Part shown: piece by piece, positions 22,439 through 34,835 of the stretch | How positions within the stretch are numbered: the stretch's first letter is position 1 | How the letters are laid out: the number at the start of each line of letters is the position of its first letter | Source of the DNA: Dehalococcoidia bacterium | Lineage (GTDB): Bacteria > Chloroflexota > Dehalococcoidia > Lucifugimonadales > VXLM01 | Reading direction: 5' to 3' | DNA length: 64,000 nucleotides | NCBI GenBank assembly: GCA_963662435.1 | Contig: OY759598.1 | Location: 620,001 to 684,000 of the forward strand | The notes under the pieces: generated by a model | Told to the model about the DNA's origin: nothing | Databases searched by the model: none | What the model saw: the letters and a program-made list of their open reading frames with translations, nothing else | Position numbers and translations under genes: made by a program

Positions 22439-23893
22439 CTACAAACGCGAGGGGTAGGACGAGTACTTCACTATGATCTCGACATCGTGAACGGTGACAC
22501 CACCGACCATGTTCTCTGGCCGCCCGTCCAGAGAGAGAGTCAACGTATTCCACCCCTTTCCCGGTCGGACACCGTGCAGATAGAACTCCAGTTGCTGCGC
22601 CGCATAGGGCCCGAATGGGTGCCCGTAATCGCGCGACATCGCCTCGTCGGCTAGCGACTTACCGTTGATTCTCACCGAGAAGGTGTCGTGGGTCATCAGG
22701 TTGTCAACCTTCATTCGCAATGTCACGCTCTTGATTCGGTCGGCCTTGCCCTCGATGTCGTCGGAGACGTAGAACGGCACGTCGTACTTCTTGTCCGGAT
22801 CTGCACAGGGTATGGCAACCGGCACGGGCTGGTCATATTCCATGGCCGTGGCCTCATCCTTTCGTTCGGCCAGGAAATAGTGCTTTGTCTTCTCGACCAT
22901 CAGGTCGGGATCTCCCATGTCGGTGAGATACCTGCGAACGCCGTCACCATGAGGCCAGTCTGCAAAGTAGGTGTACAGCCCGTCGGCGCCGCGGTCCCAC
23001 ATGTTCATGGCTGCGGCGCGCATCTGCTCGGAAGAAGCAAAGACGCGCTCCGGCGCTCCGCTGCCCTCGTCGGCAAGATGCGGTTGGAGCATTCCATAGA
23101 CCGACGTTCCCGTATCGGCTGCGGCCTCCAGGACCCAGTCGATCGGCATGTTCTGATCGAGGATGAAGTACGTGTACATCATCGGCAGCACGTAGTCCAC
23201 TGAACCGTCCTCGATCCACTGTCGGACGTCGTAGCCAGCACGCCGGTTCATGGCCTCGGTCGGGTAAATGCGTGCCCCGACCACGCCACGACCTCCCGGC
23301 CGGTTGTGGACCGTATCTGCAACTGAGCGAACGAAGTCGGTGACAGTCGAGGTGTGCTCGTCTACGTCCTCTTCGCGAAGGGCATGCGGCCCTCCTCCTG
23401 GTGGACACGAGAAGTCCATTTCGATGCCATCGGTCTGGTACTCCTGAGCAAGCTCCTTGAGTACGGCGATTTTCGCGTCCCGGACCTCTTGATGAACGTA
23501 GCCGCGCCCTTCAGGAGTGAGCATGGACTTGTCCGCCCCAAGATAATTGGTCATTCGCACGCTGGGAATAAACTCCATTCCCTTGTCGTGCGCTCGGTCT
23601 ATGAGAACAGTGAGGGGATCGAGTCCCTGATCGATGAGACTTTGCATGTTGTACCACACGTGGTAGTACGCCACGTGATCGAACGGTTGAATGTCCGAGC
23701 CGAACCGCTGGCCAACCTTCGAGGGGTAGAACAGTCCGTCGCCTCTCTCGACCATGTACACGAAGGTATCGACGCTTGTACCGGCAACATCGTCGATGGG
23801 CCGCCAGGTGTCCTCCATATTCATTGGCGGATCGAATACGAACAGGTAGAAATGTCGAGCGTCGTTGGCGTAGATGACTCTTTTCCGTTTCAT
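22439..23893 (-). CDS. Glycoside hydrolase-like TIM-barrel protein (GHL10-like)
   Basis: IYAND, LIDRAHDKGMEF, DGIEMDF, GADGLY pattern. Confidence 0.55.
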   Translation of the reverse strand: MKRKRVIYANDARHFYLFVFDPPMNMEDTWRPIDDVAGTSVDTFVYMVERGDGLFYPSKVGQRFGSDIQPFDHVAYYHVWYNMQSLIDQGLDPLTVLIDRAHDKGMEFIPSVRMTNYLGADKSMLTPEGRGYVHQEVRDAKIAVLKELAQEYQTDGIEMDFSCPPGGGPHALREEDVDEHTSTVTDFVRSVADTVHNRPGGRGVVGARIYPTEAMNRRAGYDVRQWIEDGSVDYVLPMMYTYFILDQNMPIDWVLEAAADTGTSVYGMLQPHLADEGSGAPERVFASSEQMRAAAMNMWDRGADGLYTYFADWPHGDGVRRYLTDMGDPDLMVEKTKHYFLAERKDEATAMEYDQPVPVAIPCADPDKKYDVPFYVSDDIEGKADRIKSVTLRMKVDNLMTHDTFSVRINGKSLADEAMSRDYGHPFGPYAAQQLEFYLHGVRPGKGWNTLTLSLDGRPENMVGGVTVHDVEIIVKYSSYPSRL

Positions 23894-24125
23894 GGCGCGA
23901 CTCCTTAGTGTCGAAGCTTCGAGTCTTTGGTTAGATAGCGCATTCGCCTCTGAGGTGCCTAAGTATAATGCAGCCTGCGAAGTTCAGACAGTCTCTCTAC
24001 ATAGGTGCGGGAACGCCAATTCGTGCGAAACTCAAACTGATCACTCATGGGATTGCAGGGATATGGAAAGAGACTGATGCTGAGGCCCCGCGAAATCAAG
24101 GAAAACACAGAGGGCCGGTATAGTG

Positions 24126-24195
24126 TTGACAATGCTCTAAAAGGAAGATATAGTCCACAGCGTAAGTACAAACGTGTACAAATGTGCGTCAAACG
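24126..24195 (+). promoter_or_regulatory. Sigma70 promoter with downstream tandem operator-like repeats
   Basis: TTGACA-17-TATAGT (24126-24154), then GTACAAACGT GTACAAATGT (24166-24185). Confidence 0.65.
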
Positions 24196-24253
24196 AAGGC
24201 AACTAAAGGGCTCTGAAAGACTTAGAAAGTCAGAAATCTGAAGGGAGGACAGT

Positions 24254-26710
24254 ATGACGAACAGGATTTGGAAATATAGTCTAGCAGCGGCGCTTGCTGC
24301 AGTTGTCCTGGCGGTCGTTGGAATAGCCTGCGCGGCCGAAGAACCGGCCGATCCTCAGCAGCCTGCAGCTGCTAGGGCTGCCGCCCCCGCCGCGCCCGCG
24401 GTGTTCCCGTCGGGCCAGGAACCGGTAGTCGCTCCGTCTCAACAGCAGCAGCAGCCGGCCCAGGCAGCGCCCGCTCGAGCGCCGTCGCTTCCGAACCCGG
24501 CTCAGGCGGCTGCGGCCGCGAGTGGTACCACAGCGGGCCCAACGGCCCGAACCGGCGAGGACCCGGCAATGGCTATGGCGATGGAGGGGTACATGCCGCC
24601 TAAACTTGAGCCTGGTGCCTATCCCGCCACGCGGTTCTGCGACCACTGCCCGACGCCTAAGACGTTCAACGAATCGCCGACATCGGCGTCCCTCGCCCGG
24701 CAGGGCGCGATCCTTCCTCTCGAACAGCGCCTTGCTGTTCCTGAGGACGTGCTCATCTACATGCCGGGTGATGAAATCGGTCAGTACGGCGGCCAGATGC
24801 GCGCAACCACCACGGGCAACATCGAGCTCATCGAGGGCATGACGATGATGTCCGGGCTCGGCGGGTCCCCGGACGCCATCTTCAACGTGCCTGTGGGCTT
24901 CAAGGCGTTCGAGACCAACGAGGACGCCACGGTGTTCACCGTCAACATCCGCCGAGGCATGCGCTGGCACAGCGGTTACCCATTCACGATGGAGGACATC
25001 CGCTTCGCGCTTGAGGACCAGATGCTCAACAAGGAGCTCATGCCCGGCCTTCCCGCCGTGCTCAAGTCGCCGATTACCGGCAACGACATGCGGATAAACT
25101 TCGTCGACGACTCGACCTTCACGGTCAACTTCGACGACCCCAACTGGAGCTTCGCGGAGTCGAGCGCGGTGAGAGTGTTCGCCGGCATCAAGGGTTGCCC
25201 GAGGTGCTTCGTTTCGCCTTCACACGTTCAGAAGCGTTTCCACATCAAGTACAACGCATCTGAGATTCCGGCGCTCTTGGAAGAGTATGACCAGCCCAAC
25301 TGGACCAAGCTAGTCACCACTATCCGGTGCGTGATCTGCTACAACGGCCATCCCTCTGAGGCCATCCCGATGGAGTTCGACCCGAACTACATCTACAAGG
25401 GTGAGCACTACATCCCGTCCCTTGGCGGCTGGTACATCGATTCCGGTGGAACGCGACAGGGCGGCGGTGACCTCATCGCTCACGTTCGCAACCACTACTA
25501 CTACGGCGCGGACCCCGAGGGCAACCAGCTTCCGTACGCGGAAGGCTGGCTGAACGTCACGACAGGCAGTCGCGAGGTTGCGGTCTTCCGCACGATGAAC
25601 GGTGAGTCGGACTACACGCGGCACGACCTCGCGACCGAGGAGATGCCGCTTTACCTGGCGAACTCCGAAAAGGGCGACTACAGCGTGCTCAAGCACGACC
25701 TGACGGACGGTGCCGACTCCACCTTCGTCGTCAACCAAGAGTACGTCGAGGACCCGGAGATCGGCCACCTTTTGCGCACGAAGGACTTCCGTATCGCGCT
25801 CTCGCTCGCGTGGGACAGGGGCGGAACGAACGAGGCGCTCGCCGCTGGACTGGGCGTACCGCAGAACATGATGCCGCACAGCTCGACCCCGTACTTCGCA
25901 GGTGAAGAGTTTAGAATCGTCGACACCGAGTACGATCTCGAACGCGCCAGGTCCCTGATGGAGAAGATGGGCTACACGGACGGCAACGGAGACGGCTACT
26001 ATGACAAGAAGGACGGCTCCGGTCCGCTGACGCTCAACTTCCTCTCGTACTGGGTCCACTGGCCGTACGCTAAGTGGGTCGCAAACGACTGGGACAAGCT
26101 TGGCATCAAGGTGACAACCAAGGAACAGTCTCCTTGGAGTTTCACGAACGCGATTCCTCCAACTGAGTACTTCGCGTTCTTCGCATCGCCTGAGGGCGGC
26201 ACGAATCCCTGGTCGAACATGTGGAATCGCGTTGCCCCGACCACCAAGGACGCGCAGGGTCCCGCCATTGGCCAGTACTTCGCGACCCGCGGTGAAGAGG
26301 GTATGGCGCCGACCGGCGGCGATCCTAAGTACCAGGACGTCTACGGGAACATGGCGCCCGACGGCACCTACCCGGCGGACATCGACAATCAGTTGATCCG
26401 CTACCAGGAGATCATCTCCGAGGGACTCGTCCGAGCGTTGCTCGATCCTTACCGGGTCGACATCGGCAAGGAGCTCTTCAGGGAGAATGCTCTTGACAAG
26501 TACAAGATAGGCGGTCTTGCCTACTCCGGCATCTTCCGCGCTCTGAAGCTCAAGAGGAACAACGTCAGGAACGTTCAGAAGAACTGGATGGGTAGCGGGC
26601 CAATCGAGGCCTTCTACTTCGAGGACGGCATCGATAACGCCAACAACCCGGGGAACCGCTCGAAGCGCTACAATAGCGTGAACTTCCTCGATCCGGGCTA
26701 CTGGGACTAG
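24254..26710 (+). CDS. Orphan ABC transporter substrate-binding lipoprotein, family 5
   Basis: Lipobox GIAC, P/A/Q-rich linker, LPLEQRL..IGQYGG, RRGMRWHSGYPFT, DPEGNQLPY, DFRIALSLA. Confidence 0.85.
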   Translation: MTNRIWKYSLAAALAAVVLAVVGIACAAEEPADPQQPAAARAAAPAAPAVFPSGQEPVVAPSQQQQQPAQAAPARAPSLPNPAQAAAAASGTTAGPTARTGEDPAMAMAMEGYMPPKLEPGAYPATRFCDHCPTPKTFNESPTSASLARQGAILPLEQRLAVPEDVLIYMPGDEIGQYGGQMRATTTGNIELIEGMTMMSGLGGSPDAIFNVPVGFKAFETNEDATVFTVNIRRGMRWHSGYPFTMEDIRFALEDQMLNKELMPGLPAVLKSPITGNDMRINFVDDSTFTVNFDDPNWSFAESSAVRVFAGIKGCPRCFVSPSHVQKRFHIKYNASEIPALLEEYDQPNWTKLVTTIRCVICYNGHPSEAIPMEFDPNYIYKGEHYIPSLGGWYIDSGGTRQGGGDLIAHVRNHYYYGADPEGNQLPYAEGWLNVTTGSREVAVFRTMNGESDYTRHDLATEEMPLYLANSEKGDYSVLKHDLTDGADSTFVVNQEYVEDPEIGHLLRTKDFRIALSLAWDRGGTNEALAAGLGVPQNMMPHSSTPYFAGEEFRIVDTEYDLERARSLMEKMGYTDGNGDGYYDKKDGSGPLTLNFLSYWVHWPYAKWVANDWDKLGIKVTTKEQSPWSFTNAIPPTEYFAFFASPEGGTNPWSNMWNRVAPTTKDAQGPAIGQYFATRGEEGMAPTGGDPKYQDVYGNMAPDGTYPADIDNQLIRYQEIISEGLVRALLDPYRVDIGKELFRENALDKYKIGGLAYSGIFRALKLKRNNVRNVQKNWMGSGPIEAFYFEDGIDNANNPGNRSKRYNSVNFLDPGYWD

Positions 26711-26755
26711 GAGTGCTGAACATAGACCTTGCCCTCGCAGGCTAGGTGAATAAGC

Positions 26756-26794
26756 AAGAGGCCCGGAGGATATCCTCCGGGCCTCTTCTTTTTT
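26756..26794 (+). terminator. Intrinsic terminator
   Basis: 32-bp perfect palindrome AAGAGGCCCGGAGGAT/ATCCTCCGGGCCTCTT followed by T-run. Confidence 0.85.
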
Positions 26795-26823
26795 CTCTGG
26801 CCGCCGGTGAGTCGTTGCGCTCC

Positions 26824-27594
26824 CTACAGCTCGTCCTCCTCCTCGTCATCGCTGGACCCGCGCCGCCCCGGTCCCCATCCATCGAAGGAGATGCGTTTGA
26901 ACGACTCCGCAAACTTCATCCCCTTGCCCTTGGCTCGTTCTCGTCTGCCCCTCTTCATGGAAGCAGTAATCTCCTCATCGGTGCCGGAAAGCTGGGAGGC
27001 GTGTCGTAGCAGTGCCTCAATCGACGTGTCGATACTGTCGGTCACGTCGATCCATGTGTCTGGTGAGGGATGCCCCATAACCCAGACCTCCCTAACCTTG
27101 TGCGTTTCGAGCCCTTCATCGAGCAGCTCTGGGAAAGTGAGGTGATCCCGCGCGGTGGGGAACACCGCCGCCATCGCGGCCTCTCCTGCCGCCATATGGT
27201 CGGGATGGCCGAATCCGTACCCTCCATCGAGGTTGCGCATCGGGTACATCGTGATGAGCACGTCCGGCTTATGTCGACGGATCTCCGCTGCTATCTGCCT
27301 CCGAACCTCCAATGTCGGCTGGAGATAAGCGTCGGGATGGTCGAGAAACACGACATCCTTCAGGCCCAATACCTTACCGGCGTCGATCTGTTCCTCGCGT
27401 CGAATCCTTGCCAGGTCATCCGAGGTCAGGGAGCGGTCGCTCGTTCCCTTGCTCCCGTCGGTGCACATCACATACACAACTTCCCATCCCTTCGAGCACC
27501 ACTTTGCGACCGTGCCGGAACAGCCGAACTCGGCATCGTCCGGATGGGCCACTACCACCATTCCTCGACCGTATTCTTCGTTCCACTCTGACAT
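26824..27594 (-). CDS. PIG-L family deacetylase
   Basis: AHPDDAE, TDGSKG, HPDH, HASQ. Confidence 0.9.
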   Translation of the reverse strand: MSEWNEEYGRGMVVVAHPDDAEFGCSGTVAKWCSKGWEVVYVMCTDGSKGTSDRSLTSDDLARIRREEQIDAGKVLGLKDVVFLDHPDAYLQPTLEVRRQIAAEIRRHKPDVLITMYPMRNLDGGYGFGHPDHMAAGEAAMAAVFPTARDHLTFPELLDEGLETHKVREVWVMGHPSPDTWIDVTDSIDTSIEALLRHASQLSGTDEEITASMKRGRRERAKGKGMKFAESFKRISFDGWGPGRRGSSDDEEEDEL

Positions 27595-27687
27595 CGGTTA
27601 ATTCCTCAATGTTTCGCTCTGCTGGCTGCTGATAATAGAACGTATGCGATATCTAGGCAACTTGGATCGCAGCGCCTTTCGTCCGTT

Positions 27688-29187
27688 CTACCTGATGGAT
27701 AGCGCGAACTCACTGGTAAGTAGTGCGTCACTCGCGCTCTGAATGAATTCCATGAAGAGGGCAGGGTAGACGCCAACAACAATTATTGCCACGAACAACA
27801 CACTGAGCACACCAACCGTAAGACGGGGCACTCCAACGGGCGAAGAGTCATCGGCCTTCTCAATGTAAATCTGGCGAATGACCATGAGGTAGTAGTAGAG
27901 CGACACCAAGCTCATCAGGATTGCCAGTCCCGCTAGCCAGAGAAGGCCCTGCGCCGCCGTTGCAGTGAACAGGTAGAACTTGCTCGTGAAACCGGCAAAT
28001 ATCGGAAGTCCGGCCAACGAAAACAGCGAGACGGCCATGACCATTGCCAGTCCGGGCGCTCGTTTGCCCAGTCCAGCAAATGCGGACACAGATTCGCTGC
28101 CCACTGAGTTGGAAACGGTGCTCACAACCAGGAACGCGGCCATGTTCGTCACTCCGTAGGCAACGATGTGCAGCATAATGGCGTTGGTCGCCAGGTGCGA
28201 ACGGTCGAGCGACAACTCGCCGCCCGAGCCGAACGCGGCAAGGGCTGCAACCCCCATCAACATATATCCCGCGTGCCCAATGCTCGAATACGCAAGCAGG
28301 CGTTTGATGTTGCTCTGCGCGATGGCAAGGAGGTTACCGACCACCATTGTCACCACCGCAAGGACTACGATTATCAATTGCCATTCAGTCGCTAACGGCA
28401 AGAGCCCCTCGCCGAACAGGCGCATGATAAGCACAAAAGCCGCTGCCTTTGATCCGACAGCCAGGTAGGCCGTTATCGGCGTCGGCGCTCCCTCGTAAAC
28501 GTCCGGAGCCCACATGTGGAAGGGGACTGCTGCTACCTTGAACCCCATGCCGGCGATGATGAGCACAATACCCACCAGGAGTCCCGGCGACAGTGTTCCT
28601 ATGCTTGCCAGAGCTTGGCTCATTCCCTCGAACGTAGTCGTCCCAAGGTGCCCGAATACCTGGCTGATTCCAAAGAGCAGGAAAGCCGACGACAGCGCGC
28701 CAAGGAGGATGTACTTCGTCCCCGCTTCATTCGATCGTTCGTTGTACCGGTCGAACGCTACGAGGACGTACAGGCTGAAGCTGAGCAATTCCAGCGAAAT
28801 GTAGGCTGTCAGCAGCTCGCCCGATGAGGCCAGGAACATTGCGGCCACGACCGTGAAGAGAAGGATTCCGTAGTACTCACCCGGGTAGTCGAGCCGTCGC
28901 CGGACGTACTCGACGCTCGACAGGATCGCGACTGCTCCAAGGACGAGGAAGAACCCTTTGAAGAACAGTGCGAAGTCATCGATTCGGATAACGCCATCGT
29001 ACAGGACGGTGTCCTTGCCCCAGAGGAAGATAAGCGTAAATGCGAGGATGCCTATGAGTCCCAATGCCGAAGCATAGCCCAACCAGTGCTTCCGTTCGGA
29101 CGGCGCGAAGAAATCTGCAACGAGAACGAGGACCGCCAATACGGTCACGAACGCTTCTGGCAGCAGGAGTGTGAAGTCGTTGCCCAT
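27688..29187 (-). CDS. nuoN: NADH-quinone oxidoreductase subunit N
   Basis: FKVAAVPFHMWAPDVYEGAP, KRLLAYSSIGHAGY. Confidence 0.93.
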   Translation of the reverse strand: MGNDFTLLLPEAFVTVLAVLVLVADFFAPSERKHWLGYASALGLIGILAFTLIFLWGKDTVLYDGVIRIDDFALFFKGFFLVLGAVAILSSVEYVRRRLDYPGEYYGILLFTVVAAMFLASSGELLTAYISLELLSFSLYVLVAFDRYNERSNEAGTKYILLGALSSAFLLFGISQVFGHLGTTTFEGMSQALASIGTLSPGLLVGIVLIIAGMGFKVAAVPFHMWAPDVYEGAPTPITAYLAVGSKAAAFVLIMRLFGEGLLPLATEWQLIIVVLAVVTMVVGNLLAIAQSNIKRLLAYSSIGHAGYMLMGVAALAAFGSGGELSLDRSHLATNAIMLHIVAYGVTNMAAFLVVSTVSNSVGSESVSAFAGLGKRAPGLAMVMAVSLFSLAGLPIFAGFTSKFYLFTATAAQGLLWLAGLAILMSLVSLYYYLMVIRQIYIEKADDSSPVGVPRLTVGVLSVLFVAIIVVGVYPALFMEFIQSASDALLTSEFALSIR

Positions 29188-30714
29188 CTAGCCCGCCCCC
29201 GCAACGCGCGTCAGGAGGTCCGTCACGTTCCCATCGATGATCCTGAGGAATGGGAATGGGAAGACTCCCATGAGCAGGATGAAGCCCGCAAGTATGACTG
29301 AGGCTCCCACCTCACGCCTTGACAAGTCGGTCTGATCACGCCACTGCTCCGCCAGCTCTCCGAAGAACACCTTTGCAATGAGCCGCAATATGTAGACTGC
29401 GGTGATTGCCGCGCCGACCACGCCAAGCGCCCCCAGTATAGGGTATGTCTGGAAGAGACCCAGGAAGACGAGCAGCTCGGAAACGAACCCGCTCAGTCCC
29501 GGCAGTCCCAGGGACGCCAGACCTGCCACCGCAAAGAGCCACGCCGTGGTTCCCATCCGCTTTGCCAAACCTTCCAATACGCCAATGTCCCTCGTGTGTG
29601 TCCGATCGTAGATCCCACCCACAACCGCAAAGAAGAGCGCAGTCATCACTCCGTGCGAGAACATCTGCATGACCGCGCCGCTAACACCGAGGTGGTTTAG
29701 GGTGGCCAGTCCCATGATCACGTAACCCATGTGGCTGACGCTCGAATAGCCGATGACGTACTTCAGGTCGCGTTGGCCCATCGCGGATATCGCCCCGTAT
29801 ATGACGTTTATCGCCCCCAGCACGACCAGAACGGGCATCCAGTCCTGTGCTCCTTCGGGCAAGACGGTCATCCCCACGCGGAGAATTCCGTATGCCCCCA
29901 GCTTCATGAGCACCCCTGCGTGGACCATGCTCACGGCCGACGGTGCCGCCACGTGTCCGTCCGGCGACCACGTGTGGAACGGCCACATTCCGGCCAGGAC
30001 GCCGAATCCGACCATCAGCAGCGGGAAGACTATACGTTGGAAGCCTAGGGAATACTCGACCTGTTCCAGTACCTGCAGATCGAAAGTCCCAGCACTGGCC
30101 TCGACGAATATGGCCAGGAGCGCGATCCAGATAAGCACACTTCCGGCGACGAGGAAGAGCATCAGCTTCATCGCACCGTATTCCTTCGTTCGAATGAAGT
30201 TCTTGAAGGTCGAACTGCTCCCCCAAACCCCGATCAAGGGATACATGGGCAACACGGCGAGTTCATAGAAGAAGAACAGGAAGAACAGGTCAAGAGAGAC
30301 GAAGACTCCGAACACGCCTGAAAGCAACAGGAAATAGAGGATGAAGAAGTCCTTATTGCGATCGGAGATGCTCCAGGAGATGAGCGTACCCGTGAACATG
30401 ACGATGCCGGTGAGCAGCACCATCATCGCGGAGATCCCGTCCACTCCCAGCGAGAATGTTATCCCTCGCTCGGCGAACGGCCACGGCCCTGGAATCTCCA
30501 GCCAATCCCAGGCCCTGAGGAATTGGTAGCCGCCCTCTACATGGTCATACAGGAGGAAGACGTAGAAGCTCAGGAACATGACCACGAGAGACGTGATCGT
30601 GGAGATCCACCGCACGTCCTTTGAACGGTATGCAGGAACAACTAGGAGGATGCCGGCTCCGATGAGCGGCAGAACGATTAACAGGAACAGAGCGTAGCTG
30701 TCAAATGTTTCCAT
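29188..30714 (-). CDS. nuoM: NADH-quinone oxidoreductase subunit M
   Basis: PFHTWSPDGH, MKLGAYG, YSSVSHMG, GLPGLSGFVSE. Confidence 0.93.
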   Translation of the reverse strand: METFDSYALFLLIVLPLIGAGILLVVPAYRSKDVRWISTITSLVVMFLSFYVFLLYDHVEGGYQFLRAWDWLEIPGPWPFAERGITFSLGVDGISAMMVLLTGIVMFTGTLISWSISDRNKDFFILYFLLLSGVFGVFVSLDLFFLFFFYELAVLPMYPLIGVWGSSSTFKNFIRTKEYGAMKLMLFLVAGSVLIWIALLAIFVEASAGTFDLQVLEQVEYSLGFQRIVFPLLMVGFGVLAGMWPFHTWSPDGHVAAPSAVSMVHAGVLMKLGAYGILRVGMTVLPEGAQDWMPVLVVLGAINVIYGAISAMGQRDLKYVIGYSSVSHMGYVIMGLATLNHLGVSGAVMQMFSHGVMTALFFAVVGGIYDRTHTRDIGVLEGLAKRMGTTAWLFAVAGLASLGLPGLSGFVSELLVFLGLFQTYPILGALGVVGAAITAVYILRLIAKVFFGELAEQWRDQTDLSRREVGASVILAGFILLMGVFPFPFLRIIDGNVTDLLTRVAGAG

Positions 30715-30916
30715 TCAGCAAGGTCGTTACAGCAAGACGACGCCTTTGCATCGGCGTCGCCTCGTTGCCTTAGGTTTTCTGGGAATGTGGACGGCCTACC
30801 AGATAATACCACCAACAGGCGTCCGACACACTGCATTGTTGCTGCAAGCTTAGTTTGCGCGACCCGATCCCGGTCCTATCATTCAGGACGGGCAGTACCG
30901 CCATACTATCTCCGAG

Positions 30917-31300
30917 TTAGCCCCATCCTGTCGGGTTGATGTCGAAGGCAACACCTTGAGGGTCCATCCACTTCTTCTCTCCGACCCATTCATCAGGAGT
31001 GCCTTCACGGTTGCCGTACTTCTGGTTGTAGTCGGTCATCTCCTGTCCACCAAGGGCCGACATCTTCTCCTCAACAGAGTTCAAGTCCTCGATCTTGATG
31101 CCGAAATGGTGCAGCCCCGGCCGACCTCCGCCGTACCGGTCGGCCCTGAACTCCAGCAGGGCAAAGACAATATATCCGTCCGTCAAAATGACCGCCTCGT
31201 CGCTCCGGGAAAGCTCATCGAGTCCGAACGCGCCCTTATAGAATTCAGCGGACCCTTCAAGGTCTTTTGTAGTTAGAGCAATGTGTCTGATCTTCGACAT
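30917..31300 (-). CDS. VOC/glyoxalase family protein
   Basis: IRHIAL..FY..AFG, GLHHFG, DPQGVAFDI. Confidence 0.85.
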   Translation of the reverse strand: MSKIRHIALTTKDLEGSAEFYKGAFGLDELSRSDEAVILTDGYIVFALLEFRADRYGGGRPGLHHFGIKIEDLNSVEEKMSALGGQEMTDYNQKYGNREGTPDEWVGEKKWMDPQGVAFDINPTGWG

Positions 31301-31557
31301 ACCGGTCCTCCAGTGGTGCAGATGGGCCGACGGACGGCCAGCGTTATCCTACACCATGAAAGGCGCGAACAATTGGATTCTTAGAAGTCGTCACGTGAAC
31401 CGACGGGATTGCTGTTCTATAGGGTACTTTCATCTAGCTCCCTCGGAGCGTACTCGACTGCTCTCACTGTGCACATGGGCTCGACTGTGCCTTGGACAAG
31501 TGGTCTTAATGTGCAATTTGAAAGAAATATATAATCTATATATCGCGGGAGGTGAAA

Positions 31558-31797
31558 ATGGGTGCTAAGTCACGCCTAGCTAGATGGGGTTCCAGCTTGG
31601 CTGTCCGTATACCCAAGCCAGTTGCCGAGCAGTGGGGTATTCAGAAAGGCTCGCCAATTGAGATCATCCATCGTGGTGACCATGTCGTCCTCCAAAGGAA
31701 GACGTATGAATTGGGATCCATGCTGGAACAGACGAATGAGGCCAACCTCCCCTCCGAATGAGATCCCGGCCCTCCTCAGGGCGGCGAAGAATGGTAG
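31558..31797 (+). pseudogene. mazE: MazE/AbrB antitoxin with premature TGA
   Basis: RWGSSLAVRIPK; TGA at 31759-31761 is followed in frame by DPGPPQGGEEW*, matching the MazE C-terminus. Confidence 0.8.
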
Positions 31798-32132
31798 ACC
31801 GAGACTACGTGCCCGCAAGAGGCGATATAGTCTGGCTGAGCTTTACGCCACAGGCAGGGCACGAACAAGCCGGTCATCGGCCGGCAATGGTGCTACGTCC
31901 GTAAGCCTACAACGCAAAAACAGAGTTGGCGCTATTCTCCCCCATTTCCTCGAGAGTGAAGGGATACCCTTTCGAGGTTCAATTACCCGTTGCTGCTGCC
32001 GTGTCAGTTGTGGTCCTATCAGACCGGATAAAGAGTCTTGACTGGAAGGCTGGGAATGCGCAGTTTGAGTGTCGCACGCCTGGTCAGGTCGTCAGCGAGG
32101 TCCTAGGCAAAGTAAACGTGCTCTTGAAGTGA
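31791..32132 (+). pseudogene. mazF: MazF endoribonuclease toxin with internal TAA
   Basis: MVDRDYVPARGDIVWLSFTPQAGHEQAGHRPAMVLRP*AYNAKT...KGYPFEV...IKSLDW; stop at 31902-31904. Confidence 0.88.
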
Positions 32133-32160
32133 CGGCGTTTTCCCATCTCCTGAAGACCCG

Positions 32161-34050
<1,890 letters not shown>

Positions 34051-34119
34051 ACTATGCGGGGCGGTCCGTCAACTCGGGAAACCGCCGGACTGAGAGAACC
34101 CTTAACTGCACCTTGGCCG

Positions 34120-34824
34120 CTACTTCTTGGCCGCTTGGAGGTTGTCTTTGATGCCTCTGGCCTTGAGGTAGTCCGCGGTGGAGACGAGATTCAGGTCCTT
34201 GTCCAAGAAGTAGGTCTTGGGATAGGCATTCACGCCATATGCCTCGGCTATAGTGCCGTCGAAATCCGCTCCTACAATGAACTCCAGCTTTTTGTCCGTT
34301 ACGTAGGACTGGCCGGATTCCGTGTCGCTTCCTCCGGGATCCCATTCCGACTTGCTGTCCGCGGCGACCTGTATCGCAACGAAGTGCACATCATCCATAT
34401 TTGCGATATAGGAGTCCTTGAGGAGGAACATCAGCTCCTGGCATTGCGTACACGCCGGGAACCAGAAGTTTATGACAACGGGCTTGCCCCGGAGATCTGA
34501 TAGGTTGACCACTTGGTCTCTCGCGTAATTTGTGTTTTCGTACACCGTAAGTGCGAAGTCAGGTGCGAGCTGACCAATCTCCGCTTGTGCGGCCGCAGCG
34601 ATTGTTGATCCGCTTGTGACCGCCCCACTGCCTTCGTTTGACCCTGCACTCGATGTCCCGCCCGTCGCCCCACCTCCTGTTGAAGCTGCTCCCTCCGTAT
34701 CCCCTCCGGTTTCTCCGCCGCCTCCGCTGTCGCCACCCTCACTGGCACCTCCACACGCCAGAACAAGCGTGAGCAGCAAAAGCACAGGAACTATCAAACC
34801 TAAAGACCGTTTGCGAAGCCTCAT
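34120..34824 (-). CDS. TlpA/redoxin-family lipoprotein (CxxC)
   Basis: Lipobox LVLAC, G/S-rich linker, APDFAL..GKPVVINFWFPACTQC..YPKTYFLD. Confidence 0.85.
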   Translation of the reverse strand: MRLRKRSLGLIVPVLLLLTLVLACGGASEGGDSGGGGETGGDTEGAASTGGGATGGTSSAGSNEGSGAVTSGSTIAAAAQAEIGQLAPDFALTVYENTNYARDQVVNLSDLRGKPVVINFWFPACTQCQELMFLLKDSYIANMDDVHFVAIQVAADSKSEWDPGGSDTESGQSYVTDKKLEFIVGADFDGTIAEAYGVNAYPKTYFLDKDLNLVSTADYLKARGIKDNLQAAKK

Positions 34825-34835
34825 GTCGTCACCTC

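Noticed and set aside
24155..24253. Possible riboswitch in the SBP leader
   Set aside because: No recognisable aptamer consensus; tandem repeats fit a protein operator better.
24630..25350. CxxC motifs as heme c sites
   Set aside because: None is followed by His (CxxCH).
31759..31761. MazE in-frame TGA as selenocysteine
   Set aside because: Not a Cys position in MazE, no convincing SECIS, and the partner toxin is also broken by TAA.
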